Source: Spirochaetia bacterium (lineage in GTDB: Bacteria > Spirochaetota > Spirochaetia > DSM-2461). Taken from it: a stretch of DNA of 64,000 bases. This document shows, in pieces, positions 56,368 through 64,000 of the stretch. Under the pieces are notes generated by a model. It did no database searches. It had not been told where the DNA came from and was given only the letters and a program-made list of their open reading frames with translations. The first letter of the stretch is position 1; each line of letters opens with the position of its first letter. Made by a program: the position numbers and the translations under genes. The stretch is from assembly GCA_963668315.1 (NCBI GenBank), contig OY764216.1, positions 3,040,001-3,104,000 of the forward strand. Direction: 5' to 3'.

Positions 56368-57636
56368 ATGAAATTTGAAACAATAGCATTACATGCGGGA
56401 CAGACTGTGGACGGAACCAAGTCCAGAGGGGTCCCCCTTTACAGAACTTCGGCCTACCTTTTTGATTCGGCCCAGCATGCCCAGGATCTCTTCGGTCTGA
56501 AGGAACTGGGAAATATCTACACCCGTCTGGGAAATCCCACGCAGGATGTACTCGAACAGAGACTGGCTCAGCTGGAGGGAGGTAAGGCCGCCCTGGCCCT
56601 GGCGTCAGGAACAAATGCCATTTTCTATACGATGATCAATATCTGCGACAAGGGAGATGAAATCGTCTCCTCCGCAGGGCTTTACGGCGGCACCTATACC
56701 ATGTTTGATGCTATTCTCCCCCAGTTCGGCATAACCACCAGGTTCGGTGATGTGAATGATCCCGACAGTTTCCGCCGGCTCATCAATGAGAAGACCCGCG
56801 TCCTTTATGTCGAGTCGGTGGGGAATCCCGCCCTGGATGTGGCCGATCTGGAGGCTTTCGCCTCCATCGCCCGGGAGTATGGAATCCCCCTGGTCGTGGA
56901 TGCCACTTTCACCACTCCCTATCTTCTGAGGCCCCTGGAATACGGTGCCGACATCGTTATCCACTCCCTGACAAAGTGGATCGGCGGTCACGGTACGGCT
57001 CTGGGAGGTATCGTGGTCGACGGAGGGAATTTTGACTGGACCGACGAAAAGTTCACCCTCTATAACAAGCCGGACAAGGGTTATCATGACCTGAGGTTCG
57101 CCCATGATCTGGGTGAGCTGAATCCCCTGGCTTTTATCATGAGGATGAGGACGGTCCCCTTGAGAAACCTGGGGGGGTGTATCTCTCCCGATAACAGCTG
57201 GATGTTCCTGCAGGGATTGGAAACTCTGGCCTTGAGAATGGAAAGGCATTCGGAAAATGCTCTGAAGGTGGCACGCTATCTGTCCTCCCATGACCAGGTG
57301 GAGTGGGTGCGTTATCCCGGCCTGGAAGGGGACAGCCAGTATGAGAAAAATAAGAAGTATCTGCCCCTGGGAGCGGGAGGCATGGTCGTCTTCGGCATCC
57401 GCGGCGGACGGGAAAAGGGGAGGCAGTTTATTGAGAGCCTTGAACTTTTCTCCCATGTGGCCAACGTGGGCGATGCCAAGAGTCTGGCTATCCACCCCGC
57501 TTCCACCACCCATTCCCAGCTCTCGCCCGAAGCGCTGAAGAGCGGAGGCATCGGGGAGGAATTTATCCGCCTTTCCATTGGGATTGAGAATATCGACGAT
57601 ATCCTGGCCGATCTGGATCAAGCCCTGAAAAGCTGA
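56368..57636 (+). CDS. metY: O-acetylhomoserine aminocarboxypropyltransferase / sulfhydrylase
   Basis: GNIYTRLGNPT, HSLTKWIGGHG and ANVGDAKSLAIHPASTTHSQL. Confidence 0.9.
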   Translation: MKFETIALHAGQTVDGTKSRGVPLYRTSAYLFDSAQHAQDLFGLKELGNIYTRLGNPTQDVLEQRLAQLEGGKAALALASGTNAIFYTMINICDKGDEIVSSAGLYGGTYTMFDAILPQFGITTRFGDVNDPDSFRRLINEKTRVLYVESVGNPALDVADLEAFASIAREYGIPLVVDATFTTPYLLRPLEYGADIVIHSLTKWIGGHGTALGGIVVDGGNFDWTDEKFTLYNKPDKGYHDLRFAHDLGELNPLAFIMRMRTVPLRNLGGCISPDNSWMFLQGLETLALRMERHSENALKVARYLSSHDQVEWVRYPGLEGDSQYEKNKKYLPLGAGGMVVFGIRGGREKGRQFIESLELFSHVANVGDAKSLAIHPASTTHSQLSPEALKSGGIGEEFIRLSIGIENIDDILADLDQALKS

Positions 57637-57697
57637 TTGAGAAGAAATATGCCTTACCTCTTTACGAGAATATATTAATAATGTATATTTATACGTA

Positions 57698-58366
57698 ATG
57701 GAAAATAGAGGCATAAAAAGTTATGTAATTAGAAAAGGGCGGATGAGTCCGGCCCAGCAGCAGGCCTACAGGGAACTTAGGGAGAGATGGTCTCTTCCCT
57801 ATGAGGAGAGCCTGCTGGATTTTCCTACTCTTTTTCCCGGCAAGGATAAGGTCGTCCTCGAAATAGGCTTCGGGATGGGCGATGCGACCCATCAGATAGC
57901 CTCGGAAAATCCCGATGCGGCCTATATCGGTGTGGAAGTTCATAAACCCGGTGTGGGAAAGCTTCTCGATAGAATAGACAAGAGAGAACTTACCAACGTC
58001 AGGATTATCGAGCATGATGCCTGTGAGGTTATCAGGGAAATGATTCCCCCCGAATCTCTGGGGGGAATACATATTTTCTTTCCCGACCCCTGGCCTAAAA
58101 AGAAACATCATAAGCGTAGACTCATACAGGAGCCTTTTGTGACGGAACTGTCGAAAAGGCTCGTTAAGGGCGGTTATCTTTATGCCGCAACCGATTGGGA
58201 AGAGTATGCCGAACAGATGTTAGCCGTTCTTTCTGCCAATAGTCTGCTGGAAAATGGCTATGAGGGTTTCGCCGCCCATCAGGAGTGGCGTCCATTAACC
58301 AATTTCGAGCAGAAGGGACTGAAGAAATCTCATGAAATTCATGAGGTTTATTTCGTAAAAAAATAA
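57698..58366 (+). CDS. trmB: tRNA (guanine-N7)-methyltransferase
   Basis: LEIGFGMG, FFPDPWPKKKHHKRR, ATDW and TNFEQKG. Confidence 0.96.
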   Translation: MENRGIKSYVIRKGRMSPAQQQAYRELRERWSLPYEESLLDFPTLFPGKDKVVLEIGFGMGDATHQIASENPDAAYIGVEVHKPGVGKLLDRIDKRELTNVRIIEHDACEVIREMIPPESLGGIHIFFPDPWPKKKHHKRRLIQEPFVTELSKRLVKGGYLYAATDWEEYAEQMLAVLSANSLLENGYEGFAAHQEWRPLTNFEQKGLKKSHEIHEVYFVKK

Positions 58367-58421
58367 AGTTTCTTTGTATAAATATTCATATTGATTTCTC
58401 ATCGGAACCTAAGGAGGTAAT

Positions 58422-59774
58422 ATGTCCAAATTGACTGATCAGTTTTTCGAGAAGTATACTGCCGTGCTGGATAAAAGCCGTATCGGGATGGAACTCTATA
58501 ACAAATATAATGTTAAAAGAGGTCTCCGAAACTCAAACGGCACGGGTGTTCTTGTCGGTCTGACGGAAATCGGCGGCGTCTACGGCTATATTCAGGATGA
58601 CGAAGAGAAAAAACCTGTCGAAGGTAAACTCAGTTATCGTGGGATAGATGTCAGGGACCTGGTTCACGGATGCCAGAAAGACCGCCGGTTCGGTTTTGAG
58701 GAAACGGCCTTTCTCCTTCTCTTCGGTTATCTTCCCAATGAGGAAGAGCTGGCCTCCTTCAATACGACCCTCGGGGAACTCAGAAGACTGCCCCCCAATT
58801 TTACGGAGGATTCCATTTTAAAGAGTCCCAGTAAGAACATTATGAATAAGCTGGGCCGCTCTGTCCTTGTATCCTACTCCTACGATAAAAATCCCGATGA
58901 TACGTCGGTGGAGAATAACCTGCGCCAGTGCGTCGAGCTGATCGCCCGTTTCCCCACTATGGTGGCTTACGGCTTTCAGGCCAAGAAACACTATTACGAC
59001 GGAGAAAGCCTCTTCCTTCACAGCCCGGTGGAGGATCTGAGTACGTCGGAAAACTTCCTTCTCATGACCCGGCTGAATAAGGAGTATACCCAGCTTGAGG
59101 CGGAAATCCTCGATCTGATCCTGATTCTTCATGCCGAACACGGCGGTGGTAACAACTCTGCCTTCACTACCCATGTCGTTTCCTCTTCCGGAACGGACAT
59201 TTATGCGGCGATTTCCGCCGCCGTCGGATCTCTCAAGGGACCCCTGCACGGCGGTGCCAATGTCATGGTCCACAAGATGATGGAAGACATCAAGCGCAAT
59301 GTCAAAAACTGGGAAGACAGACAGGAAGTGTCCTCCTACCTCGAGAAGATACTCAGGAAGGAGGCCTTTGACGGGAAGGGATTGATTTACGGTATGGGCC
59401 ATGCCGTTTACACCCTCTCCGACCCCCGTGCGGTGCTGCTGAAGGAAAAAGCCGAAAAGGCGGCCGAGGCGACGGGAAGGCAGAAAGAATACGCCCTTTC
59501 CTGCCTTGTGGAAGAACTGACCCCGGAGATTTTCGCCCGGGTCAAGAATAACGACAAGCCCCTCTGTGCCAATGTGGATTTCTATTCGGGATTTGTCTAT
59601 ACCGCCCTGAATATCGACCCCGAACTGTTTACCCCCCTCTTCGCCGTTTCCCGTATCGCCGGATGGTGCGCCCACCGGATGGAGGAGCTTGTTTCGGGCG
59701 GAAGGATCATGAGGCCGGCTTACAAAAGCGTCAGCCGCGTCTGCGAATATACTCCCCTGGGGGATAGAAAATAA
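58422..59774 (+). CDS. gltA: Citrate synthase (citrate/2-methylcitrate synthase family)
   Basis: LSYRG, HAEHGGGNNS, GPLHGGAN, GMGHAVY..DPR and NVDFYSG. Confidence 0.93.
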   Translation: MSKLTDQFFEKYTAVLDKSRIGMELYNKYNVKRGLRNSNGTGVLVGLTEIGGVYGYIQDDEEKKPVEGKLSYRGIDVRDLVHGCQKDRRFGFEETAFLLLFGYLPNEEELASFNTTLGELRRLPPNFTEDSILKSPSKNIMNKLGRSVLVSYSYDKNPDDTSVENNLRQCVELIARFPTMVAYGFQAKKHYYDGESLFLHSPVEDLSTSENFLLMTRLNKEYTQLEAEILDLILILHAEHGGGNNSAFTTHVVSSSGTDIYAAISAAVGSLKGPLHGGANVMVHKMMEDIKRNVKNWEDRQEVSSYLEKILRKEAFDGKGLIYGMGHAVYTLSDPRAVLLKEKAEKAAEATGRQKEYALSCLVEELTPEIFARVKNNDKPLCANVDFYSGFVYTALNIDPELFTPLFAVSRIAGWCAHRMEELVSGGRIMRPAYKSVSRVCEYTPLGDRK

Positions 59775-59810
59775 AGGGAAGAGGGGCGCTCTTCACCAAG
59801 ACCGGGTAAT

Positions 59811-61112
59811 ATGCTAACATGGCCTATGTATTTTCGCCGGGCCGGTATCGGCTTATTGTTACAGCTTTTTGCCGGAGTTATTACCCTGGCGCCCCTCTTC
59901 GCCGGTACAAGTGAATTTACTCTGGGAAGGGACCGCCTTTTCAGCGAACGCTTCGACCTCGTGGAGGGAAAGCGCATCGGTTTTTTCGGTAACCGGACCA
60001 CCCGGGATACGCTGGACCGCCTGATCGATGATTCCCGCGTGGAAGTGGTCAAGGTTTTCGTCCCCGAGCATGGACTGGAGGGAACGGTTAAGGCCGGCGT
60101 CTCCGTAAAGGACGATTTCTACCGGAATATCCCCGTTATCAGCGCCTACGCCCCGGGCAGGAGAAAAATCGATGTCCGGGATCTATCCGATCTGGACTGT
60201 CTCGTCTTTGAGATACAGGATATCGGCAACCGCCATTATACCTATCTTACCTCCCTCTACCTGCAGATGACGGCCTGTGCCCAGGCGGGCATTCCCTTCA
60301 TCCTTCTGGATCGGCCCAATGCGGGAGGAGATATGGTGGAAGGTCCCCTTCTGGAGGGAGAATACCAGAGCTACATCGGCCTTTTCGGTCCCAACGCCCA
60401 CGGTATGACCCAGGGAGAACTGGCGAAGATGTTTCTCTCGGAGCCGGAGCTTCTTGACGGGGGCCGCTATGACAGGAAGGGGGAGTACTCCATTATAGCC
60501 GATCTGAATCTTCAGGTTGTGGAGATGGTGAACTACGACCGGAGAAAGGGGTTCTGGCAGCCCGGGGTGACTTCGGGGGAGTGGATCTCCACTTCGCCCA
60601 ATATCCCCACGCCCCAGGCGGCTCTCTGCTACAAGGGAAATGGTCTGTTCGACGGGTATGAGATAAGAGAGATTGTCAGTGATTACCGCAATCTGGGGCT
60701 GGTTCAGTTTCAGGACATCCAGCTCCCCCGCATCCGTGATAAGGATGAGATTCTCTATTTCATTGACCGCTGTTATGAGAACTGGGATTTCCCCGGCCTT
60801 CAGCTTGTTCCCTTGAAGAACGGCGATACGGGGCGGTGGGATATCCTCCATTTTCAGATAACAAGCATGGAAGATTTCCATTCCACCCTGTCGACTCTGG
60901 CCATTATCTATACCTGGGAGGAGCTCTATCATCGGGGAAGTGATGCCGGTTTTACCGACAGGGCGAGGTTTGACAAGGCTATCGGGAACAGCTGGGTCAG
61001 CGATATTTTTCTTTCCGAAGAGCTGGCTCCCTTTGCTGATCTTGAGAGGAGAGTCCGGAGCGATGAGGACGCATTTCGTCTGGTTCGGGCGAACTATCTG
61101 ATTTACCATTAA
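59811..61112 (+). CDS. DUF1343 / NamZ-like exo-beta-N-acetylmuramidase family protein
   Basis: PEHG, FEIQDIGNRHYTY, LDRPN, HGMTQGELA and SPNIPT. Confidence 0.8.
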   Translation: MLTWPMYFRRAGIGLLLQLFAGVITLAPLFAGTSEFTLGRDRLFSERFDLVEGKRIGFFGNRTTRDTLDRLIDDSRVEVVKVFVPEHGLEGTVKAGVSVKDDFYRNIPVISAYAPGRRKIDVRDLSDLDCLVFEIQDIGNRHYTYLTSLYLQMTACAQAGIPFILLDRPNAGGDMVEGPLLEGEYQSYIGLFGPNAHGMTQGELAKMFLSEPELLDGGRYDRKGEYSIIADLNLQVVEMVNYDRRKGFWQPGVTSGEWISTSPNIPTPQAALCYKGNGLFDGYEIREIVSDYRNLGLVQFQDIQLPRIRDKDEILYFIDRCYENWDFPGLQLVPLKNGDTGRWDILHFQITSMEDFHSTLSTLAIIYTWEELYHRGSDAGFTDRARFDKAIGNSWVSDIFLSEELAPFADLERRVRSDEDAFRLVRANYLIYH

Positions 61113-61131
61113 GGAACGGTGCGATAAACAT

Positions 61132-61944
61132 ATGAAAAAAAACATTTTCCCTATCCTGATTATTCTGCTTTCCCTTATTTTCTTTTCCTGCCGGACTGTG
61201 CCGGTCAATGAAGGGGCAGCCTACTATCTTCCCGATGACGGGGACCGCACCCTTTATCTGGACGGCTCAAAGGCGGAGGCCTTTCTCAGGCCCATGACGG
61301 AATCCTTCGGCGTTGATGATTATGAGTCGATAGAGCCTCTTCTGAAAGCCACGGAACGTATTTATCTGGTCACCCGGGGAGAAGCCCTTTTCATTCAGGG
61401 GCAAGGTGATTATAATACGGGTTTTATCAGCTTTGTCCTGAGGACGAACCGGGATTGGAAGAAGGAGAAGATCGGACCCTTCAAGACCTATTATTCGCAG
61501 AGCACGTCTCTGCAGCTGGCCTTTCCGGACAGCCGGACTTTTTTCATAAGCCAGGGAAATCTTTCCGATCTTCTGGAAGCCTATCACGGCGGGGGGAGTG
61601 TGCATTACCCCTTTACTCCCGAGAGGGAGAAGAGCGAGTCCCTTCTGCTCCGCCTCTCCCTGGACAAGGGCGATCTCCTTCCCATGCAGGAGCTTCTGAA
61701 AATCCCCTTTAAATCGGCAGAGATGGCCCTTTCTCCCGGTGAGGATGATTTGCTTCTCATGGATGTGTCTCTGCGGGGCGAAGAGAACAGCGGCCGGGTT
61801 ATGGGCACGGCGTTAAAACTGTTCCTGCTGGCTTCGGTAGGGCGGAGCGTTATGAATTCTCCCATGGAGACGGGAAACGATTTTGCTTCCATTTCCGATG
61901 TTTCGGTGGATTTGGATTTCTTATTGGATATGATTGGTATTTAG
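61132..61944 (+). CDS. Hypothetical lipoprotein
   Basis: Spirochaete-type lipobox IFFSC; 270 aa. Confidence 0.75.
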   Translation: MKKNIFPILIILLSLIFFSCRTVPVNEGAAYYLPDDGDRTLYLDGSKAEAFLRPMTESFGVDDYESIEPLLKATERIYLVTRGEALFIQGQGDYNTGFISFVLRTNRDWKKEKIGPFKTYYSQSTSLQLAFPDSRTFFISQGNLSDLLEAYHGGGSVHYPFTPEREKSESLLLRLSLDKGDLLPMQELLKIPFKSAEMALSPGEDDLLLMDVSLRGEENSGRVMGTALKLFLLASVGRSVMNSPMETGNDFASISDVSVDLDFLLDMIGI

Positions 61945-61950
61945 GGGGAA

Positions 61951-62553
61951 ATGGTGATTGGCGTAGTGGATTATGATGCGGGAAACCTGACAAGTGTTTC
62001 ATCGGCTCTGAGATTTCTTAAGGCGGATTTTTTCGTCACGAAAGATCCCCATGAGCTCTCCAGGGCGGATAAGGTTATTTTCCCCGGGGTGGGAGAAGCG
62101 GTTCAGGCCATGGGGCATCTGAACGGTTCCGGCATGGCCGACGCCCTGAGGGAATACGCCTCCGGGGGAAACCCCTTTCTGGGTATCTGCCTGGGAAGCC
62201 AGATCCTTTTTGATCATTCCGAGGAGAGGGATGTGGACTGTCTGGGAATCCTTCCCGGTAATGTCGTCCGCTTTCCCTCTGATATGGGCATGAAAATTCC
62301 CCAGATCGGGTGGAACACGGTGGAATTCCGCGACGATCCTCTGGTGGAAGGCCTCTCCGCGGAGGACTCTTTCTATTTTGTCCACTCCTATTATGTCTCT
62401 CCCGCTTCGGAGGATCTGGTGCTGGGAAAGAGCGAATACGGCATCAGTTTCACCGCGGCCGTCAGGAAGGATAATGTCTGGGCTACCCAGTTTCATCCCG
62501 AGAAGAGCGGAAAACCGGGCTTGAAAATCCTCCGTAACTTCATAAACTTATAG
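61951..62553 (+). CDS. hisH: Imidazole glycerol phosphate synthase, glutaminase subunit
   Basis: DYDAGNL, PGVG, GICLG, YFVHSY and QFHPEKS. Confidence 0.97.
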   Translation: MVIGVVDYDAGNLTSVSSALRFLKADFFVTKDPHELSRADKVIFPGVGEAVQAMGHLNGSGMADALREYASGGNPFLGICLGSQILFDHSEERDVDCLGILPGNVVRFPSDMGMKIPQIGWNTVEFRDDPLVEGLSAEDSFYFVHSYYVSPASEDLVLGKSEYGISFTAAVRKDNVWATQFHPEKSGKPGLKILRNFINL

Positions 62554-62563
62554 GAAGGTCAGC

Positions 62564-63334
62564 ATGTTTCAGAAAAGGGTAGTCGTCTGTCTTGACGTGA
62601 GAGACGGCAAAACCACAAAGGGAATAAAATTCAAGGGTAATGTGGATATAGGTGATCCGGTGGAAATGGCGGCCCGCTATTACGAGCAGGGCGTCGATGA
62701 ACTGGTTTTTTACGATATCACCGCCAGTGCGGAAAAACGGGGTATCATGATCGACGTGGTCGCCCGGGTGGCGGAAACGATTTTCATCCCCTTCTGCGTG
62801 GGCGGCGGAATAAGGACTCTTTCCGATATGAAGGATGTGATCAACGCGGGGGCTGAAAAAATCAGCATAAACTCCGCCGCCGTGAGGAATCCGTCCCTGA
62901 TCGAAGAGGGCGCTTCCCACTTCGGTGCCCAGTGTATCGTGCTGGGAATGGACGCCGCGGCCGACCCGGCCATGCCTTCCGGTTACCGCGTCGTTATTGA
63001 CGGAGGAAGAAAACCGACCGAGTGGGATATGCTCGTGTGGGCCAGGGAAGCCGTTAAACTCGGAGCGGGGGAAATCGTTCTGAATTCCATCGATACCGAC
63101 GGAGTGAGGGAAGGCTATGAGATTAACGCCACCCGCCTGGTCTCCGAAGCGGTTTCCGTTCCTGTGGTGGCCTCAGGTGGAGCCGGAGTTCCCAAGCATC
63201 TGGCCGAAGTTTTCAAAGTGGGTAAGGCCGATGCCGCCCTGGTCGCCAGCATGGTTCACTATGGCGATTATACGATTAACGATATAAAAAAACATCTGGA
63301 TAAGGAAGGGGTTCCCGTAAGGAAAACCTGGTAG
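62564..63334 (+). CDS. hisF: Imidazole glycerol phosphate synthase, cyclase subunit
   Basis: CLDV, GDPVEMA, DELVFYDITAS, VGGGIR and ASGGAG. Confidence 0.97.
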   Translation: MFQKRVVVCLDVRDGKTTKGIKFKGNVDIGDPVEMAARYYEQGVDELVFYDITASAEKRGIMIDVVARVAETIFIPFCVGGGIRTLSDMKDVINAGAEKISINSAAVRNPSLIEEGASHFGAQCIVLGMDAAADPAMPSGYRVVIDGGRKPTEWDMLVWAREAVKLGAGEIVLNSIDTDGVREGYEINATRLVSEAVSVPVVASGGAGVPKHLAEVFKVGKADAALVASMVHYGDYTINDIKKHLDKEGVPVRKTW

Positions 63335-63340
63335 AATATT

Positions 63341-63577
63341 ATGGCAAAAACGATAAATCTTGATAAGGCCGGTCTGGGGATTGTTACCGGAGCCGGCGTA
63401 GAACTGAACCTTGAGCTGGACGAGCAGAACAGAATCGTCATCCATATGGAATCCATGGAGGGGGGGCACCGGATCATGGTGGGCAAGCACGAAGACGATC
63501 CCAAGGCGATTGTCTGCTATCTGGATGATGTTCCGCCTCCCCAGGAGGAGTACACCGGACCCCGTCTTGTCAAATGA
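63341..63577 (+). CDS. Small hypothetical protein
   Basis: 78 aa ORF between hisF and the next gene, whose start overlaps its stop (ATGA). Confidence 0.6.
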   Translation: MAKTINLDKAGLGIVTGAGVELNLELDEQNRIVIHMESMEGGHRIMVGKHEDDPKAIVCYLDDVPPPQEEYTGPRLVK

Positions 63578-64000
63578 CGGATTTTCTGGGGATACTCGAA
63601 TCCTGCCTTAAAAGGACCCGTCTTTTTCCCGGGGAGGACCTGATGATTGAGGTTTTCCTGAATCCGGCAGCCGGACTTCTGGGAGATAAGAAGCGTCTGG
63701 ACGCCCTGTTGGCTTCCTGGGAAAAAAATCCCCCCCTTCAGATCGATGAAAGCCCGGAGAGAACCGTCTCCGTAGAGATTCATCGTACGGGGAGCCGGGA
63801 AGAGAATTTACGTGAAATAGTCCGAGGAGTAGGGAAACTGGAACAATTTTCCCGGGAGACAGAAGGGGGGAAATCCCACCGTTCTTTGCTTCTTACCGCA
63901 GGGGGCGACGGTTTCCACAAGGATTGCGTCACCCATCTTCTTAAGGAGATGCCCCTTGCCTTCAGGAACATTACTCTTTTTCGTCTTCCCCTCGGGACGG
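63574..64000 (+). CDS. Diacylglycerol/lipid kinase family protein (runs off window end)
   Basis: Manual translation is open from ATG 63574 to the end, with FLNPAAG, LLTAGGDG and LFRLPLGT motifs. Confidence 0.8.
   Translation, partial: MTDFLGILESCLKRTRLFPGEDLMIEVFLNPAAGLLGDKKRLDALLASWEKNPPLQIDESPERTVSVEIHRTGSREENLREIVRGVGKLEQFSRETEGGKSHRSLLLTAGGDGFHKDCVTHLLKEMPLAFRNITLFRLPLGT

Overview
Core-chromosome segment of a spirochaete, most likely a free-living Spirochaetaceae. This is inferred from gene content such as the short AlaRS, carD-ispD-ispF and the lptFG-tgt-murJ-HEAT block. It is mostly housekeeping: fba, alaS, hisZGB and hisHF, rmlCDB and rmlA, tRNA-Cys, rimP-nusA-infB-rbfA-truB-rpsO-pnp-dut, cysK-metY and gltA. 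No IS element, prophage or CRISPR array was seen. The most notable part is a tightly coupled four-gene operon at 1588-9929. It encodes a Cache/HAMP adenylate cyclase with an unusual pseudo-HPt/CheA-like N-terminus, a membrane-anchored FecR-like protein with seven Fn3/Ig repeats, and two paralogous Fn3-IPT-beta-barrel outer-membrane proteins. Together these look like a trans-envelope cAMP signalling device, possibly joined by beta-strand complementation. Other notable signals are two genes that appear to need ATC start codons, several apparently leaderless genes, a degenerate GGDEF (RxxD) protein coupled to rmlA, and structured leaders before rimP and rpsO. All calls come from reading motifs by eye; no database searches were run.
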